Positions 61,701 through 64,000 of a stretch of DNA of 64,000 bases are shown here, piece by piece; positions within the stretch are counted from its first letter, which is position 1, and each line of letters opens with the position of its first letter. The stretch spans positions 215,946,001 to 216,010,000 of the forward strand of contig OZ024743.1 of NCBI GenBank assembly GCA_964016885.1. The letters are read 5' to 3'. A model generated the notes under the pieces. It worked only from the letters and a program-made list of their open reading frames with translations, had not been told where the DNA came from and ran no database searches. Position numbers and translations under genes: made by a program. The stretch comes from Eledone cirrhosa (lineage: Eukaryota).

Positions 61701-64000
61701 TTCACATGTTCGTATTTACTCGCAAGTTCATACAAACACATGTGCTCCATCGAATCAGGCCTGTTTGGATACCAATTTTCGACCATATTCTCGTAATAAA
61801 GATCGGTAGAATACGGTTTCAATTTATCCAGTTCATACTGAGGCCTGAACCTGTGGGATCGGTAACTAGGCAAATCGGCCCCAATCCAAATGAGGCTTTC
61901 AGAGCATCCATAAAAATGGTGGCCAAGCAATTTGTCTGCAGCCTCATAGGCACCTGTATCACGCTTGCCCATCAGCTTAAGTCCGACACTCTTGTATCTG
62001 GAGTAAATGGACTTGGACTTGTCAATCTCAGCCCAAATACCTTCAGTTTCAGTCTTTTCGGACTTTGTCTGATAACTAGTAACATATCGGTTTAGAATCA
62101 TGCTATCTTCACCGATGTATTGGATATCGACATTAGCTTTCCAGACATACAGAACAACAGGATTGTAGTCATTGATGCACTCTTCCCCTTGTCGTCTGTC
62201 AAGCTTGTACAACTTTTTGACAGCTCTACCTTTGTGTCGAGATTTTATGCACTCGTTGACGCTAAGCAAATTGAAATTCCCGATAGGACGAGGAAATCCA
62301 AACCTGCATCGAGTGTAAAAACGACCACTCGAAAATATTTGCCTTTTGCAGGATCCACTACACACATGTCGTTGAAAACGCAACACCAAGTCTGACAAAA
62401 CGGGGCTTTCTACATTGGACGGCATGCGACATGTGATCATGGACTGTATAAACGTCTGAATAGCATACTTGTCGTCTCTGTCCATAATAGGGCCATCTTT
62501 AATCCATAATTTCATATGAACATGCGGAGCACCTCTCATTTGGTATTCCAACCTCCAAAAAAAGTGCTCGACAATACCAAACGGAGAATTGGTATGTTTA
62601 ACAACTTCTTTCATAAAGGTGGTGAACCGATGGTGAAAATGTTCGCTAACAGCCACCACGTCATCCGCGCACAACTCATTGGTGCGTTTTCTAGAAATGT
62701 CTGGTATGTCAGCATTCAACTTTTCCAGGAACTCTCTCAGATCAGGCCAAAAGTACTCTGCACAAGACAAAGTTAAGAACAAGTGGGCCGGGCCAAATTT
62801 CTCGTCCATAGCCATCAAGTCTGAACATTTTCTAGACCAAAACTGCTTGGAACCACGGACATTGGCCATCATCATATTTAAATTGCCCTCTAGGTGCCTG
62901 TCATTTTCATGAAGCCGCCTTCTAAACTCGCTTATAGTCATGCGGCTGTTTTTGGTGGTCTTCATGATGGCATATATACCAGAATCAATGCCTCTCTTGT
63001 CGGCTTTATCAAGACAAAACATGAGATATTGTATATCTCGCCGAAATCTAGAGTCGCTATGATTCAGTCTGTTTCTTATGAACATGTATGGCTTTACAGC
63101 GCCAAACGGTCTATTGTCCACGAAAATGCCAACTGACCAGTTGGATAAAGACAAGGAAAGCACAACAACTCAAGTTTTTTTATCATTGTCTGCAATGAAA
63201 TCGCCTTCCACTCTTTTCATTTTGTACAAAGCCAAGTCAGTGTCTGCAGGGAGACACGGATTCATGTCTTTAACAGTGTGATGCTCATAGGTAATGCCAG
63301 CATTCGATTTAAGTAAAAGATTATCGAATTTGGCATTATTAACTCCCGAGCACTCGACAATGTTTTCATTTTCCGTATCGGCGTAGCGATTGATCTTAAC
63401 ATCGGCATACATTACATTGTTTGCTGCAAGCCAATCAAGTGCCTTCAATACTTTACTCATGTCTACCATTGAACGCCAGATAATTTGTTTCCGCGAAGGC
63501 AAGCTATCAACGACTATTTTAAGCATGTCGTCTTGAAGCGCAGGTAACGTATCCATGGTGCGGTTAATAGTTCCGTCCATAGGCAAAGGCAAGTGAATTG
63601 CAATTCCTTTAATAGCGGAAATGCATGCTGAAATATTGCCTTTGAATGAGTATGGCACCAGTTTTATTACATTGACGAAACATTTGGCCCGTTGTACAAG
63701 TATTCGCTCATATGTATTAAGATCAGCAAGTTCTTTGGGAACGGCAGCAACGCCCAAGCCATTTATTGAGGCCATTGAAGGCACCCCACTGTTTCGCAAA
63801 TGTGTAGTGCATGTTGTGCAGACTGTGCAAGGCAAAGAGTAGTTGGCAGTTATTGCATCCTTTGCAACGGCCGTTTTAAAATATCTAGAGTTCCAATTAT
63901 CCCAAACTTTTAGTTCCTTGCTATATTTGCGCAGTTTGCAGATATGACAATGTTGGATTTTATAGTTGGTAATTTCAGATTGAAATCTTTGAACTTGATT
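58763..64000 (-). CDS. Helentron/Helitron2-type RepHel transposase: Zn finger, N-terminal conserved region, HUH Rep, PIF1-like SF1 helicase, C-terminal USP (peptidase C19); 5' end outside window; local frame disruption at ~63130-63180
   Basis: FLTLSCAEYFWPDL, RLEYQMRGAPHVH, YVTSYQTK; GVGGTGKS, APTGMAA, IIIDEISM, FGDLLQLPPV, NMRQ, AISIHKSQG, YVALSRA; NACFVNSTMQ, GHYTS, WDIIND; frame is open from 63835 to the window edge (CHIC...CTTC). Confidence 0.93.

Noticed and set aside
63170-63172. TGA read-through or Sec in the RepHel
   Set aside because: The TGA lies in a locally shifted frame; the alternative frame carries the conserved motif
58949-63842. Plus-strand ORFs over the RepHel
   Set aside because: Antisense shadows without recognisable motifs

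Overview
AT-rich eukaryotic (animal) repeat-dominated DNA. The tRNA-derived SINE family and huge (TA)n tracts suggest a cephalopod such as Octopus (inference). No host gene is supportable. Contents: (1) decayed Penelope-like retroelements (PLEs; RT + GIY-YIG), one Neptune-like family and several Naiad-like ones, mostly inserted in (TA)n and often with inverted 5' pLTRs; (2) a dense set of Type I hammerhead ribozyme (HHR) motifs, read by eye, in about a dozen different PLE-associated or non-coding partial-tandem (retrozyme-like) families, including a 478-bp tandem array with one HHR per unit, several HHRs with 40-90 nt expanded stem II, and two families with the compensatory U3-A8 core variant; (3) a near-intact Helentron-type RepHel ORF fused to a C-terminal USP (peptidase C19) domain, running off the right edge; (4) SINEs, CR1/RTE LINE fragments, a mariner remnant, a non-autonomous Helitron-like element, a 213-bp inverted repeat and a ~2.5-kb composite duplication. 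Tyr/Ile-repeat ORFs are microsatellite artefacts. All folds were paired manually and none was computed.
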